This document shows positions 1 to 10,145 of a DNA stretch of 64,000 nt, piece by piece. The notes beneath the pieces were generated by a model. The model was not told the DNA's origin, did no database searches, and saw nothing but the letters and a program-made list of their open reading frames with translations. Every line of letters begins with the position of its first letter. Positions within the stretch are counted from its first letter, which is position 1. Source of the stretch: a virus. Its lineage: Duplodnaviria; Caudoviricetes. Position numbers and translations under genes: made by a program. The DNA is taken from positions 32,001 through 96,000 of IMG/VR virus record IMGVR_UViG_3300028591_000079. One strand, written 5' to 3'.

Positions 1-2
1 AT

Positions 3-479
3 ATAGTAAAGACGGTTGAAAGGTATCCAGATCTAAAAGTGAATGTACAAATGATTTTAACACAGCACCTTATCAATGAATACAATAAAAATAACAACAT
101 ATTGAAAGAATTAGAAGAAAAACTGCATATTGAATCTATAAATCTTCTTTTCCCACACAAACACAACACTGGAAAGACTCTTGTTGATTTTTATTTGAAG
201 AGAAGTGATTTTTTGAAGTTTTTATATGAGCTAAATAATACAGATCATAAAAAAGTAAGACAGTTTGTGGATAGTATTGTAAATGTGGATGATAATGCTT
301 TAATTGGACTTTATAGAAGAGATAAAATTGAAAAAAATGAAATAAACATAGACCAATTACCAATGAAGGAAGATAATAAAACCGTAATAAATCCAAAATG
401 CGGACACTCAACATTATATCAGTGCTATGAAGACTCTGATAAGTGTATGTTTTGTGATATAAGAAAGTTTCAGTGCTAA
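3..479 (+). CDS. C-terminal part of radical-SAM family paralog (5'-truncated by window)
   Basis: Frame open from base 3; ends in CGHSTLYQCYEDSDKCMFCD, the same Cys tail as the downstream radical-SAM proteins. Confidence 0.75.
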   Translation: MVKTVERYPDLKVNVQMILTQHLINEYNKNNNILKELEEKLHIESINLLFPHKHNTGKTLVDFYLKRSDFLKFLYELNNTDHKKVRQFVDSIVNVDDNALIGLYRRDKIEKNEINIDQLPMKEDNKTVINPKCGHSTLYQCYEDSDKCMFCDIRKFQC

Positions 480-499
480 TCATCTAAAAGGAGGAGGAA

Positions 500-1630
500 A
501 TGATACCACTATTTAAAGTTTTTATGGCAGATTCAGTAGATAAGCCATTATTAGAAACACTTCATTCTGGTTTTATTGGTGAAGGTCCAAAAGTACTAGA
601 ATTTGAAGAAACACTTAAAAAACATCTTAAAACAGAAAATGTATTAACTACTAATTCTGGTACTTCTGCATTATATCTTATTTATCATATGATAAAACAT
701 CCAAAAACTTCACATGTGTTGCGAAAAACAATTATAACAACACCCATAACTTGTACGGCAACAAATAATCCAATTGTTCTAAATGATATAGACATTGCTT
801 GGGCTGATGTTGATCCAATTACGGGAAACATTACTCCAGAATCGTTACTGGAAGCGCTGATGATAGAGCCAAATGGATATGCTTACAACACCCAGGGTGT
901 ATCTATAGTTCATTGGGGTGGAAATCCTTGTGATATAGAGGATATAGCTAAAATATCACATTCTTATGGTCTAAAACTTATAGAAGATGGTGCGCATTCA
1001 TTTGGTATGGAATATAATGGAAAACCTTTTGGATATTATTCAGATTTTGCTATGCACTCATTTCAAGCAATAAAGCATATAACTGCGGGGGATGGTGGTT
1101 GTTTAATATGTAAAAATAAGGATGATTATGAAAGAGCCAAGCTATTAAGATGGTATGGTATAGATAGAGAAATAAAAGAAGGCATAGATCTAAGATGCGA
1201 ATTAGACATTGCTGAAGCTGGATATAAATTTCACATGAATGATTTAGCGGCAACAATTGGTAATGAAAATTTTAAATATCTACCACAAATATTACAAAAG
1301 CATAGAGATAATGCAAAATTTTATGACAAAGCATTTGAGGGAAAAGTAAAATATGCACCAGAAAATCCAAATGGTAAATCAGCTTATTGGTTATATACTA
1401 TTCATGCCGAAAATAGAGATGAATTGATGCAAAAACTAAAAGAAAAAGGTATTATGGCATCAAAGGTACACTCAAGAAATGACACTCATAGTATGTTTAA
1501 GAGTTTTCAAAGACCATTGCCAGGAGTAGAAGAATTCAATCGTACCCATCTTTGTATTCCTGTTGGTTGGTGGGTTACAGAAGAAGATCGTGAATATATT
1601 GCAGAACAGGTGATAAAATATGCAAGATAA
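500..1630 (+). CDS. DegT/DnrJ/EryC1/StrS family PLP-dependent sugar aminotransferase
   Basis: NSGTSAL, VHWGG, IEDGAHSFG, SFQAIKHITAGDGG (PLP Lys), GYKFHMND; SD AGGAGG. Confidence 0.95.
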   Translation: MIPLFKVFMADSVDKPLLETLHSGFIGEGPKVLEFEETLKKHLKTENVLTTNSGTSALYLIYHMIKHPKTSHVLRKTIITTPITCTATNNPIVLNDIDIAWADVDPITGNITPESLLEALMIEPNGYAYNTQGVSIVHWGGNPCDIEDIAKISHSYGLKLIEDGAHSFGMEYNGKPFGYYSDFAMHSFQAIKHITAGDGGCLICKNKDDYERAKLLRWYGIDREIKEGIDLRCELDIAEAGYKFHMNDLAATIGNENFKYLPQILQKHRDNAKFYDKAFEGKVKYAPENPNGKSAYWLYTIHAENRDELMQKLKEKGIMASKVHSRNDTHSMFKSFQRPLPGVEEFNRTHLCIPVGWWVTEEDREYIAEQVIKYAR

Positions 1631-2459
1631 ACCAAAACTTTCAATTGTAGCCGGTATTTATTTTCCTCTAGAGATTTGTTTTAGAAGGTTTTTGGATGCG
1701 TGTCTTAGTCAAACAATAAAAGATGTTGAATTTATATTTCTATTAGATTCGCCTGAAGATAAACAATCAAGAAATATATTAGAAGAGTATAAAGACCTAT
1801 TGGATAACCGCTTTATAATTGTAGAAAATGAAAAAAATTTAGGGGTTGTTGATACATATTTGAAAGGTTGTGAGTTATCTAAAAGTGATTGTGTTATGAT
1901 AGTTGACTCAGATGATTTTTTTGATAATGACCTAATTGAAAAGATGTATAATTATTTTATTGAGCATGGTTTAGATTTTTTAGGCCCTAGAATATTGATG
2001 AGTTATCTTGGTGAATTAGATGTTTTTTATGCCTTAAACAATAACGATGATCCAACAGATACAGGAATAATGTTTAGAAAGAAGATTTTGGGTGAATATG
2101 AGGAATTTAGAAAATATATCAATTACACACTTATAAATACAATAAAAAAGACCAATTACAAAGTTGATGTTTTACCGTTAGATTTTGAAAGTTTTTATTA
2201 TTATACAGTCACCAATAGAAGTGCAACAAGTAGTTTTATATTACAAGACAACGGTGAAGTTCCCAAAAGCAAAGACTATCAATATTATAAAGATGGTGTG
2301 ATTAGATTTATAGAGACATTTTTGAGCAATACAACAAATAAAAAGATCAAATTTGAAGATTATACATTAGATGAATTGAAAGATATGGCAAAAAAGTATC
2401 TTGATTTAGACAATTTATTAGAAAACGACCTAACCTGTGAAGAGCTAAAAAAAATCTGA
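1620..2459 (+). CDS. GT2-family glycosyltransferase
   Basis: CLSQT, NEKNLG, DSDD DxD motif. Confidence 0.85.
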   Translation: MQDKPKLSIVAGIYFPLEICFRRFLDACLSQTIKDVEFIFLLDSPEDKQSRNILEEYKDLLDNRFIIVENEKNLGVVDTYLKGCELSKSDCVMIVDSDDFFDNDLIEKMYNYFIEHGLDFLGPRILMSYLGELDVFYALNNNDDPTDTGIMFRKKILGEYEEFRKYINYTLINTIKKTNYKVDVLPLDFESFYYYTVTNRSATSSFILQDNGEVPKSKDYQYYKDGVIRFIETFLSNTTNKKIKFEDYTLDELKDMAKKYLDLDNLLENDLTCEELKKI

Positions 2460-2812
2460 TGAATGAATATTATAATATCTTAAAAGAAAATCATAAAAAC
2501 ATAAAATACCATCCTGGTTTTGATATGCTAGTTATTAAGTGTACAAATATAAAAGAACAATTGACAGGCCTAAAAAAGATTGTAAAAACGCTCATATTTG
2601 GTATTCAATCTAAAAAAATAAACAAAAATTCGATTATAATAGAGATTAATGGTGAAGATTTTATTAAAGATGATATTATAATACTACTAAACATTATGAA
2701 ACTCACTAAAACGTCTCATTATTTCAATATAGTGGTCAAAAACGGATTAGATAGTAGGATAGAGTTTATAAGATGCAAATATAGAGGAGTAAAAATAAAT
2801 GAAGGGATATAA
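2459..2812 (+). CDS. hypothetical protein, paralog of 4045-4527
   Basis: Translationally coupled; LKKIVKTLIFGIQSKK resembles LKKLINMTLYMIQTKK. Confidence 0.65.
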   Translation: MNEYYNILKENHKNIKYHPGFDMLVIKCTNIKEQLTGLKKIVKTLIFGIQSKKINKNSIIIEINGEDFIKDDIIILLNIMKLTKTSHYFNIVVKNGLDSRIEFIRCKYRGVKINEGI

Positions 2813-3209
2813 AGTAATAGATTTTGAAGTGCACCCAGATGAGAGAGGAAAATTGACTGCTGTATCTGAAATGAAAGAGATACCGTTTGAGATAAAAAGA
2901 ATATACTACACATGGGATATGCCAAAAGAAGCAATTAGGGGAGGACATGCACACAAGGTTTTAGATGAAGTAATGATTTGTTTGCGTGGTTCTTGTGATT
3001 TTGTGTTAGATGATGGAAAAGAAAAAATTACAATCACACTAGACAGACCAAACAAGGGATTATATGTGTCAGCTCATTTATGGAGACATTTTACTAATTT
3101 TTCTCCAGACTGCGTTGTTATGTTGATTGCCTCAGACTATTTTCACCCAGAAGATCATGTAAAAGATTATAATGAGTTTTTAAAGCTAAGAGCAGAAGAT
3201 GAAGAATAA
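2799..3209 (+). CDS. FdtA/QdtA/WxcM-like dTDP-sugar 3,4-ketoisomerase (cupin)
   Basis: DERGKL, PFEIKRIYY, RGGHAH, LIASDYF. Confidence 0.92.
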   Translation: MKGYKVIDFEVHPDERGKLTAVSEMKEIPFEIKRIYYTWDMPKEAIRGGHAHKVLDEVMICLRGSCDFVLDDGKEKITITLDRPNKGLYVSAHLWRHFTNFSPDCVVMLIASDYFHPEDHVKDYNEFLKLRAEDEE

Positions 3210-4044
3210 TATAAAAATTTCTGTTATTACTGGAGTTTATCATCCGAATGAGTCTTTATTTCGGAAGTTTTTATATTCCTGCTTAAATCAAACTCTAGAT
3301 GGAATACAATTTATTATGGTTTTTGATGATCCAGAAGATAAAAATTCTAGAAGCATAATAAAAGAACACCAAGAACAAATAGATAATAACAAAAATACTT
3401 TTACGATACTAGAAAATAATAAAAACTTGGGAATATATGAAACACAAATGAAAGGATTGAAAAACGCATTGGGTGAATATATTGTGTTTTTTGATGATGA
3501 TGATTTTTTTGATTTTGAATATTTAGAGATAATGTACAAATATGCTAAAGAGTTTGATGCAAATGTCATAAAAGGCTGGGCATTGACTCATTATTTTGGA
3601 GATATAGATTTGAATTTTACTTTTATATGTCAACACGAAAATATATTCAATGAAGACGATTGGTTATATATGTACAAAAAAGATTTCTTCGTTAATTATT
3701 TCTATTATTCTAAAATGTACACTTCTGATACGGCAATAACAAACAGATCAAAAGAAAAAGAAATAATATTACAAATTCCATTTTATGAGGGTGTATTTTA
3801 TCATTATGTTAGGCACTGTGATAATACATCTTTTGTTCCAATTACAGAAGAAAATTTTAGCATCAGCAACAGTGAGGGTGTGGAAGATCAAAGAAGAATA
3901 TATGAAAGGTTTATGAAGGATGTAAAAGAAGAGTTTGATATAGAAAAAACAAACAAGCAAAAACTAACGACTATTTTACAAAATCATTTAAGACTAGATA
4001 ATACATCAAACGACTATAATTTTGAAAGACTGAAAGGATTATAA
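3199..4044 (+). CDS. GT2-family glycosyltransferase (paralog of 1620-2459)
   Basis: CLNQT, NNKNLG, GEYIVFFDDDD. Confidence 0.87.
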   Translation: MKNNIKISVITGVYHPNESLFRKFLYSCLNQTLDGIQFIMVFDDPEDKNSRSIIKEHQEQIDNNKNTFTILENNKNLGIYETQMKGLKNALGEYIVFFDDDDFFDFEYLEIMYKYAKEFDANVIKGWALTHYFGDIDLNFTFICQHENIFNEDDWLYMYKKDFFVNYFYYSKMYTSDTAITNRSKEKEIILQIPFYEGVFYHYVRHCDNTSFVPITEENFSISNSEGVEDQRRIYERFMKDVKEEFDIEKTNKQKLTTILQNHLRLDNTSNDYNFERLKGL

Positions 4045-4527
4045 ATGAACATAGGTATAGATATTTATAAAAACAGTCTTCATTTATCTAATCAACAGGC
4101 TATAAGTATAATAAAAAGAGCTCGTTATATGTTATCTGGACTGCAAACACAAAAAGAAGATATTATTGGATTTAATTTTGGTGGCATATTTACAAAAGAA
4201 GAAAAAGTATTGTTAGAGCTAAAAAAACTAATCAATATGACACTATACATGATACAAACAAAAAAATTAGATGGGATAGTATTATATATAGATGAATTGA
4301 TTGATAAAGAAGAATTTAGAAATATAATAGATCTTGCTAAATTTTCTGGTATAACAAACAGATTAAAAATAAAAACTAAAAGCATTAAAGATAAAGATTT
4401 TTTAATGTATTATCCTGAATTAAAAGTTGAAATTATTGAAAAAGATGATACAATATTCAGTAAAAGATATGTATTAGATCAAAAGGAAGAGTTTATTTGC
4501 AAATTATATGAAAATGGAGAAAAATAA
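4045..4527 (+). CDS. hypothetical protein, possibly degenerate radical-SAM N-terminal half
   Basis: GFNFGGIF aligns by eye with GIIGGEFF of neighbours; no CxxxCxxC. Confidence 0.55.
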   Translation: MNIGIDIYKNSLHLSNQQAISIIKRARYMLSGLQTQKEDIIGFNFGGIFTKEEKVLLELKKLINMTLYMIQTKKLDGIVLYIDELIDKEEFRNIIDLAKFSGITNRLKIKTKSIKDKDFLMYYPELKVEIIEKDDTIFSKRYVLDQKEEFICKLYENGEK

Positions 4528-5474
4528 TGCAGTTAGATAGTAGGTTTTTGCAATTAGTTTTATGGGTAGATTGTAATAGTCATTGTGCTTTTTGTTTGAA
4601 TCGAAGAGGATTAATGAATAAAGACTTTCACGAAGATAAGATAGAAAATATACATAAAGCCTTAGAAATAGTAAAAAACATAAAACAGGGACAGTATGAT
4701 TTTGTTGGTATTATCGGTGGCGAATTTTTTCAAGGACAAATAACGGAAGAAGTTGCACCACATTATCAAGAACTAGTAGATGAAATAAAAAGCAAAATTG
4801 ATAAAGGATATATAAAAAAATTGTTTGTGGCCAGTTCTTTGATGGGTCCGGATAATTATAATGAGTTTCAGAAATATTTTAGTGCATTTGATAGGTCTGA
4901 AATATTAATCTGTACATCATATAATACTTGGGGACAGTTTGGTTTTTTCCCTGAATCTAATTGGCAAGAAAACTACAAAAAATTTACAGATAATGGGTAC
5001 CAACTGCACATTGAAATTATAGCATCAGAAGCAAATCTAAATGCAATACTTGAAGGAAAATTGAATTTACTTCCTTGGGTTAGAAACAATATTAGAATAG
5101 ACTTCCTTAGACCAATTGATTTCCTAAATGAACCAAAACAAAAATTTCCATGCTTCTTTCCAAAACGAGAAACATTCATAAAATTCATGATGTTCTTAGA
5201 AGTCAATTTCCCGCAAATGATGGATGACTTCATGAGTCTAAAACAAAGAGCTTCGTTGCTACATAACTTTACATTTGATCAAACAGTAGAAAGAAAAGAA
5301 GAGTTTAACGAAGGTGAAGGTTATATAATGGATTGTGGACACTCTAGTTTATTTAAGGCATATATAGATTCAGATCATTGTATGGCTTGTGATATTTTGG
5401 CTTTTTATAAACGAAACAAATATAGAACAGTTGACAAAGATTTACCACAGGAGAAGAAAGATGGCAATGAATAA
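4527..5474 (+). CDS. radical SAM protein (phage paralog family)
   Basis: CNSHCAFC; GIIGGEFFQGQ; CTSYNTWG; C-terminal CGH...DSDHCMACD. Confidence 0.88.
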   Translation: MQLDSRFLQLVLWVDCNSHCAFCLNRRGLMNKDFHEDKIENIHKALEIVKNIKQGQYDFVGIIGGEFFQGQITEEVAPHYQELVDEIKSKIDKGYIKKLFVASSLMGPDNYNEFQKYFSAFDRSEILICTSYNTWGQFGFFPESNWQENYKKFTDNGYQLHIEIIASEANLNAILEGKLNLLPWVRNNIRIDFLRPIDFLNEPKQKFPCFFPKRETFIKFMMFLEVNFPQMMDDFMSLKQRASLLHNFTFDQTVERKEEFNEGEGYIMDCGHSSLFKAYIDSDHCMACDILAFYKRNKYRTVDKDLPQEKKDGNE

Positions 5475-6459
5475 AAGAATAATACAATATGAAGTTTGGA
5501 AGGAGTGCCATAATCACTGTAAATTTTGTTTTTTGAAAGATGATATACTTCACACTCCTGATCATGTAAAATTGGGTGGTATAAAAAACGCCATAAATCA
5601 AATCACAGATGATATAAACAATAAAAGAATAGATGGTGTAGGTATTATTGGTGGAGATTTTTGGCAAGGTGAAATTACAACAGAAGAAATAAGAACAGAA
5701 TTTTTCAAACTTATAGATTTATGTTTCAATTATCTAAAAAACGGAGACATAAGTGAAGTTTGGTTATCTGCAACATTAACATTAGGAGCTCAAGAAGATT
5801 TATATAGGGCTCTTGATATGTATAATGAAATGATTCCAGATGAAGAAAAAGAAGATAAAAGACTTTGGATCTGCACTTCTTATGATACAATTGGAAGGTT
5901 TCATATACCAGCAATGTTAGAAAACTGGGAATATCACATGAAGAATATTGGCGAAAAGTATCCAAAAGTCTTTAAAAACACATCATTTATTATAACCAAC
6001 GATCTAGTAAAGAAAACATTATCTGGCGAATTTGATTTTATAAAGTTTGAAGAAGAATTTGGAACCAATGTATATATGAAAACCCCATCACACATTTACG
6101 AAGATTGGGAAGAAGGTAAGAAGAAATTTCAAGAGACGGTGGGTGATTTCTTTTTAGAGCGCAAACCAACTATTGAATTCTTACAAAAGCTAAACGAGGT
6201 GTCTCCAGAGTTGTTGAACAAAATAATGAACAATGACTTAAGGGCTAATGTTTTGGTTGGACACAGTAATGATGGGAATTTTGATGTAATGATAAGAGAC
6301 CAAGAAGACCATCATAAAAATATTAGTGTGGCAACTGGCGGAGAAAACACTGAAAAAGCTCAAATAATGGCCTGTGGACACGAAAAACAGTATAAGTGCT
6401 ATATAGACTCAGACAAGTGTTTTATGTGCGATCTACAACGATTATTCAAGGTATTATAG
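5461..6459 (+). CDS. radical SAM protein (phage paralog family)
   Basis: CHNHCKFC; GIIGGDFWQG; CTSYDTIGRFH; CGHEKQYKCYIDSDKCFMCD; start moved to ATG 5461 after AGGAG. Confidence 0.88.
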   Translation: MAMNKRIIQYEVWKECHNHCKFCFLKDDILHTPDHVKLGGIKNAINQITDDINNKRIDGVGIIGGDFWQGEITTEEIRTEFFKLIDLCFNYLKNGDISEVWLSATLTLGAQEDLYRALDMYNEMIPDEEKEDKRLWICTSYDTIGRFHIPAMLENWEYHMKNIGEKYPKVFKNTSFIITNDLVKKTLSGEFDFIKFEEEFGTNVYMKTPSHIYEDWEEGKKKFQETVGDFFLERKPTIEFLQKLNEVSPELLNKIMNNDLRANVLVGHSNDGNFDVMIRDQEDHHKNISVATGGENTEKAQIMACGHEKQYKCYIDSDKCFMCDLQRLFKVL

Positions 6460-6467
6460 GGGGGAAA

Positions 6468-8078
6468 ATGAAAAAATATACTCTATTAGTTGAAGAAGAT
6501 ACAATACATGACAGTGATGTTGTATTGTTAGATGATAAAAAGATATTATGTATACTAGAAAATGAACGTGTAACAAAACATAAGCACGCAGTATATGAAA
6601 AATGTGATGCTATTATAGACTATGTATTGAAACGTTATAATATTGGCAAAGATGAAGTTAATATTGTCAAAGGAATAAATACACAACATAACAGCCATCA
6701 CGAATTACATGCTTTGGCCACATACCTTTCTTCTGGTTATGATAAAGCAAGTATTTTAGTTATAGATGGATATGGAGACCAAGATGATTCTGTGACTTTG
6801 TTTGCAGGGAGAGGTCAAAATATTTACGAATTAAAGAAGTATCACGTAATGTATTCTTTGGGTAATCTTTATAATTGTGCTTCTAGGTTACTCTATGATA
6901 ATGCTGGATATAGTGAAGGTAAGATGATGGGGTTGTCTTGTTGTTCTGAACCTGAATATAGTATACCAAGTCCAATACAATATCATGAAGATGGAACTGT
7001 AGAGTGTATTGCTAAAATAGATGAAAATTGTCCGATAGAAGAAAATATTATGAACTATATAAAGGAACAGTTTTCATATTTGATTGGTAATGATGGCAAT
7101 GTAATGGGTGTTGATATATATAAAGCTAAAATTGCTGCAACTGTTCAATGGTGGTTTACAGAGCAAGTTGTTAATCTGGTCAAATATATCAAAAAGCTAA
7201 ATCCTAACACTGAAAATCTTTGTGTTTGTGGTGGATGTTTTCTAAATTGCGAGACCAATGGAATTATAGACAGACTTGAATTATTCAAAAATATATATTG
7301 TATTCCAGCTCCTGCAGATAATTCAATAGTTTTAGGTAGAGCTCAACAATTTTTGGTAGAAATAGGATCAAAACCACAAACAATAAAAAGTCCATATTGG
7401 GGCCCTGACTCTGATAAAACTTTTGAAGATTTATTGGAAGAATTTAAAATAAAAGAAGTAGATGGTAAATTTAGATCACAAATAACAAATGCTCATGATA
7501 TAAGTAAGTATTCAGAAGATTGGGTTATTGAAAGACTAAAGGCAGATAGGGTTATTTTATGGTTTGATGGTGGTTCTGAATTTGGGCCTCGTGCATTAGG
7601 ACATAGATCGTTTTTAGCCAATCCTGCAACAAATGAAATGTTTTGGAGACTCAGTGTAAAAATCAAAAGTAGAGAAAACTATAGACCACTTGCGCCAATT
7701 ACAACAGATGAGCTATATCCAATGATTTTTGAAGATCCCAATCCAGAAAATCTTACACAATTTATGCTAAAAACAGTAAAAGTAAAAGATGAGTGGAGAT
7801 CTAAACTAAAAGCTGTTACACACATAAATCAAACAGCTCGTCCCCAACGTTTAACTGAAGATGTAAATCCAGTTCTATATTCATTAATAAGCAAATGGTA
7901 TAAAGAATCTGGACTGCCTTGTCTTATAAATACATCTCTAAATCTAAAAGGACAACCATTATTGGAAACATATGACGATTTAAAATCAATTCTTATAAAT
8001 CCTAACATTTTATTGAACAAGTGTAGTGTAGTAATTGATCATAAGTTGTGTTTTGATATTTACGAAGGAGCAGCATAA
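6468..8078 (+). CDS. carbamoyltransferase, NodU/CmcH/TobZ family
   Basis: ENER, SHHELHA, VIDGYGD, EGKMMGL, GGCFLNC, EFGPRALGHRS, RENYRPLAP, INTSLN. Confidence 0.95.
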   Translation: MKKYTLLVEEDTIHDSDVVLLDDKKILCILENERVTKHKHAVYEKCDAIIDYVLKRYNIGKDEVNIVKGINTQHNSHHELHALATYLSSGYDKASILVIDGYGDQDDSVTLFAGRGQNIYELKKYHVMYSLGNLYNCASRLLYDNAGYSEGKMMGLSCCSEPEYSIPSPIQYHEDGTVECIAKIDENCPIEENIMNYIKEQFSYLIGNDGNVMGVDIYKAKIAATVQWWFTEQVVNLVKYIKKLNPNTENLCVCGGCFLNCETNGIIDRLELFKNIYCIPAPADNSIVLGRAQQFLVEIGSKPQTIKSPYWGPDSDKTFEDLLEEFKIKEVDGKFRSQITNAHDISKYSEDWVIERLKADRVILWFDGGSEFGPRALGHRSFLANPATNEMFWRLSVKIKSRENYRPLAPITTDELYPMIFEDPNPENLTQFMLKTVKVKDEWRSKLKAVTHINQTARPQRLTEDVNPVLYSLISKWYKESGLPCLINTSLNLKGQPLLETYDDLKSILINPNILLNKCSVVIDHKLCFDIYEGAA

Positions 8079-10145
8079 ATGACATTTAAAGAGAAGATGG
8101 TAGAATTTTTACAGAACACAGATAAAGATAAAGTTCGTACAAATCTAAACGAAAACAGTATGAGCATATCTATTGGCTGCGACATAAACCATATAGAAGC
8201 TGAAAAAATTCGTACAATGATCAAAAATGCAAATGAGAACTATAAGGTTTGTATTATTCATACTTGTACTGCATATGGACAATTTATAGACTTGACGAAA
8301 GATGTAATCAATTTTGTATCTAAAAATCTTCCAAAGTCATATAGTTTATTTTTGGCTGGTTGTGGGGTAGATACATTTGCAGAAGAATTTCCAAAACTAA
8401 CAATAATATCTGGAAATGCAAAATTTGATGTAGAAAGTTATAATATTCCAAAAGTTGATGATGGCAAATCTGCAGATGCTCCAATGGGAATAATACAAAT
8501 TCAAACAGGATGCAATAATCAATGTTCATACTGCCAATTTCCAATGTTAAAAGGTCACAAATCAATATCTACACCTAAAAAAGAAATATTAGATCTGGTA
8601 AAATATAATATAAATAATGGAGTAAGAGACATAACATTGACAGGAGTAAACATCTGCCAGTATAAAGATCCAAATGATGAAACAGATCTAATTGGACTAC
8701 TAAAATATATAGTCAAAAATAGTATAGGGCTAAATAAACTTTCAATGTATTCGATAGATCCAGCTTATGAAGATATATTTAAATTGATTGATTATATAGA
8801 AGAAGAACCATTGATGAGTAAAGATTTGTATTTGGCAACTCAATCTGGTTCCGATAAGGTGTTGAAAAAAATGAATAGAAGACACAACACTTTTCGCATG
8901 AACTCTATAATAAACTATGTAAAAAATGTAAAACTAAGACATGATTTTATAATTGGGCACCCAGGCGAAGAAGATGAGGATTTTCAACAATCTTTACAAT
9001 TATTAAGAATGACTCAAGAAAACGAAATTGTTGGTGGTATAGCCGAGTTTTATGCGCACGAAGGAACAGCATCTTATTATATGGAAGACAAAGTAGATTC
9101 AAAAATAGCCCATGAAAGATATGAACTCATGACAAATACGCTAAATAAAATAACTAATCTAATAAAACAAGAAGTTAGATGTATTCAATTTGAACTTTGG
9201 CATAATTGTACTAATGAATGCAAATTTTGTTATTTAAATGGTTGTAGAAAGTGCTTTACCGAGGAACAAAAACAAAAATCAATACAAAAAGTTTTAGATA
9301 TATTAGAAACAGATAAAATAAATGGTTTCAATGCTGTTGGGCTTATAGGCGGGGAATTATTTATGGGGCAACAAGGAGATGAAAGAACACAAAACAAATT
9401 TCAAACACTGATACGCAAAATAAAAACATTCCTAGATAAAGATGAAATAAAGGAAGTCTGGTTAACATCCAATCTAATGACGGAAAACATTGGACCACTT
9501 ACGGAGACTTTAGATATATTGATGGAAAAATTGCCTAAATATCAAAGAATCATGTTGTGCACTTCTTATGATACAAAAGGAAGATTCCATACAGAGGCTG
9601 CTTATAAACAATGGTATGATAATTTATTGAGGCTTCGTGAAATTTATCCAAGACTCTGTATTCATATTCAATCTATTTGTACACAAGAATTAGTAAATGA
9701 GTGGTTGACTAACAAAGAAAAGTTTGTAGATTTTATAGATAGAGGCTTCTTAATTGATTTTAAACCACCTGCTACCAATGCTGTAGATTTTATATATAAC
9801 AACACAGGACATGATTCATACAGGGAAAATCTAGAAAAATTTGCAAAAACACAAGACTATAGATACTTAATTGATTCAAGAGAAAAGTTTATGAAATTCT
9901 GGGAGGTTGTATATAATACTTTTCCAGATGGGTTACAAAAACTAAAAGACTTTAATAGTAATCATGTTAAATCTGAGTGTTGTTATTCTGTCCCTTGGAA
10001 TGAATGGTTTGAAAATAGATGGGATAATAATATAGAAAACGCACCTTGTGGACACTGTTGGGATGGTTATTGTTATAAAGATCACCCGGATAGATGTGCC
10101 AAATGCGATGTAGAAAAACTAATAAAAATGTTGGAGAAAAAATAA
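8079..10145 (+). CDS. MiaB/RimO-like methylthiotransferase fused to second radical-SAM domain
   Basis: N-terminal GC..N/HTC/AGC cysteines, GCNNQCSYC, QSGSDKVLKKMNR, DFIIGHPGE; then CTNECKFC, GLIGGELF, TSYDTKGRFH, CGH tail. Confidence 0.88.
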   Translation: MTFKEKMVEFLQNTDKDKVRTNLNENSMSISIGCDINHIEAEKIRTMIKNANENYKVCIIHTCTAYGQFIDLTKDVINFVSKNLPKSYSLFLAGCGVDTFAEEFPKLTIISGNAKFDVESYNIPKVDDGKSADAPMGIIQIQTGCNNQCSYCQFPMLKGHKSISTPKKEILDLVKYNINNGVRDITLTGVNICQYKDPNDETDLIGLLKYIVKNSIGLNKLSMYSIDPAYEDIFKLIDYIEEEPLMSKDLYLATQSGSDKVLKKMNRRHNTFRMNSIINYVKNVKLRHDFIIGHPGEEDEDFQQSLQLLRMTQENEIVGGIAEFYAHEGTASYYMEDKVDSKIAHERYELMTNTLNKITNLIKQEVRCIQFELWHNCTNECKFCYLNGCRKCFTEEQKQKSIQKVLDILETDKINGFNAVGLIGGELFMGQQGDERTQNKFQTLIRKIKTFLDKDEIKEVWLTSNLMTENIGPLTETLDILMEKLPKYQRIMLCTSYDTKGRFHTEAAYKQWYDNLLRLREIYPRLCIHIQSICTQELVNEWLTNKEKFVDFIDRGFLIDFKPPATNAVDFIYNNTGHDSYRENLEKFAKTQDYRYLIDSREKFMKFWEVVYNTFPDGLQKLKDFNSNHVKSECCYSVPWNEWFENRWDNNIENAPCGHCWDGYCYKDHPDRCAKCDVEKLIKMLEKK

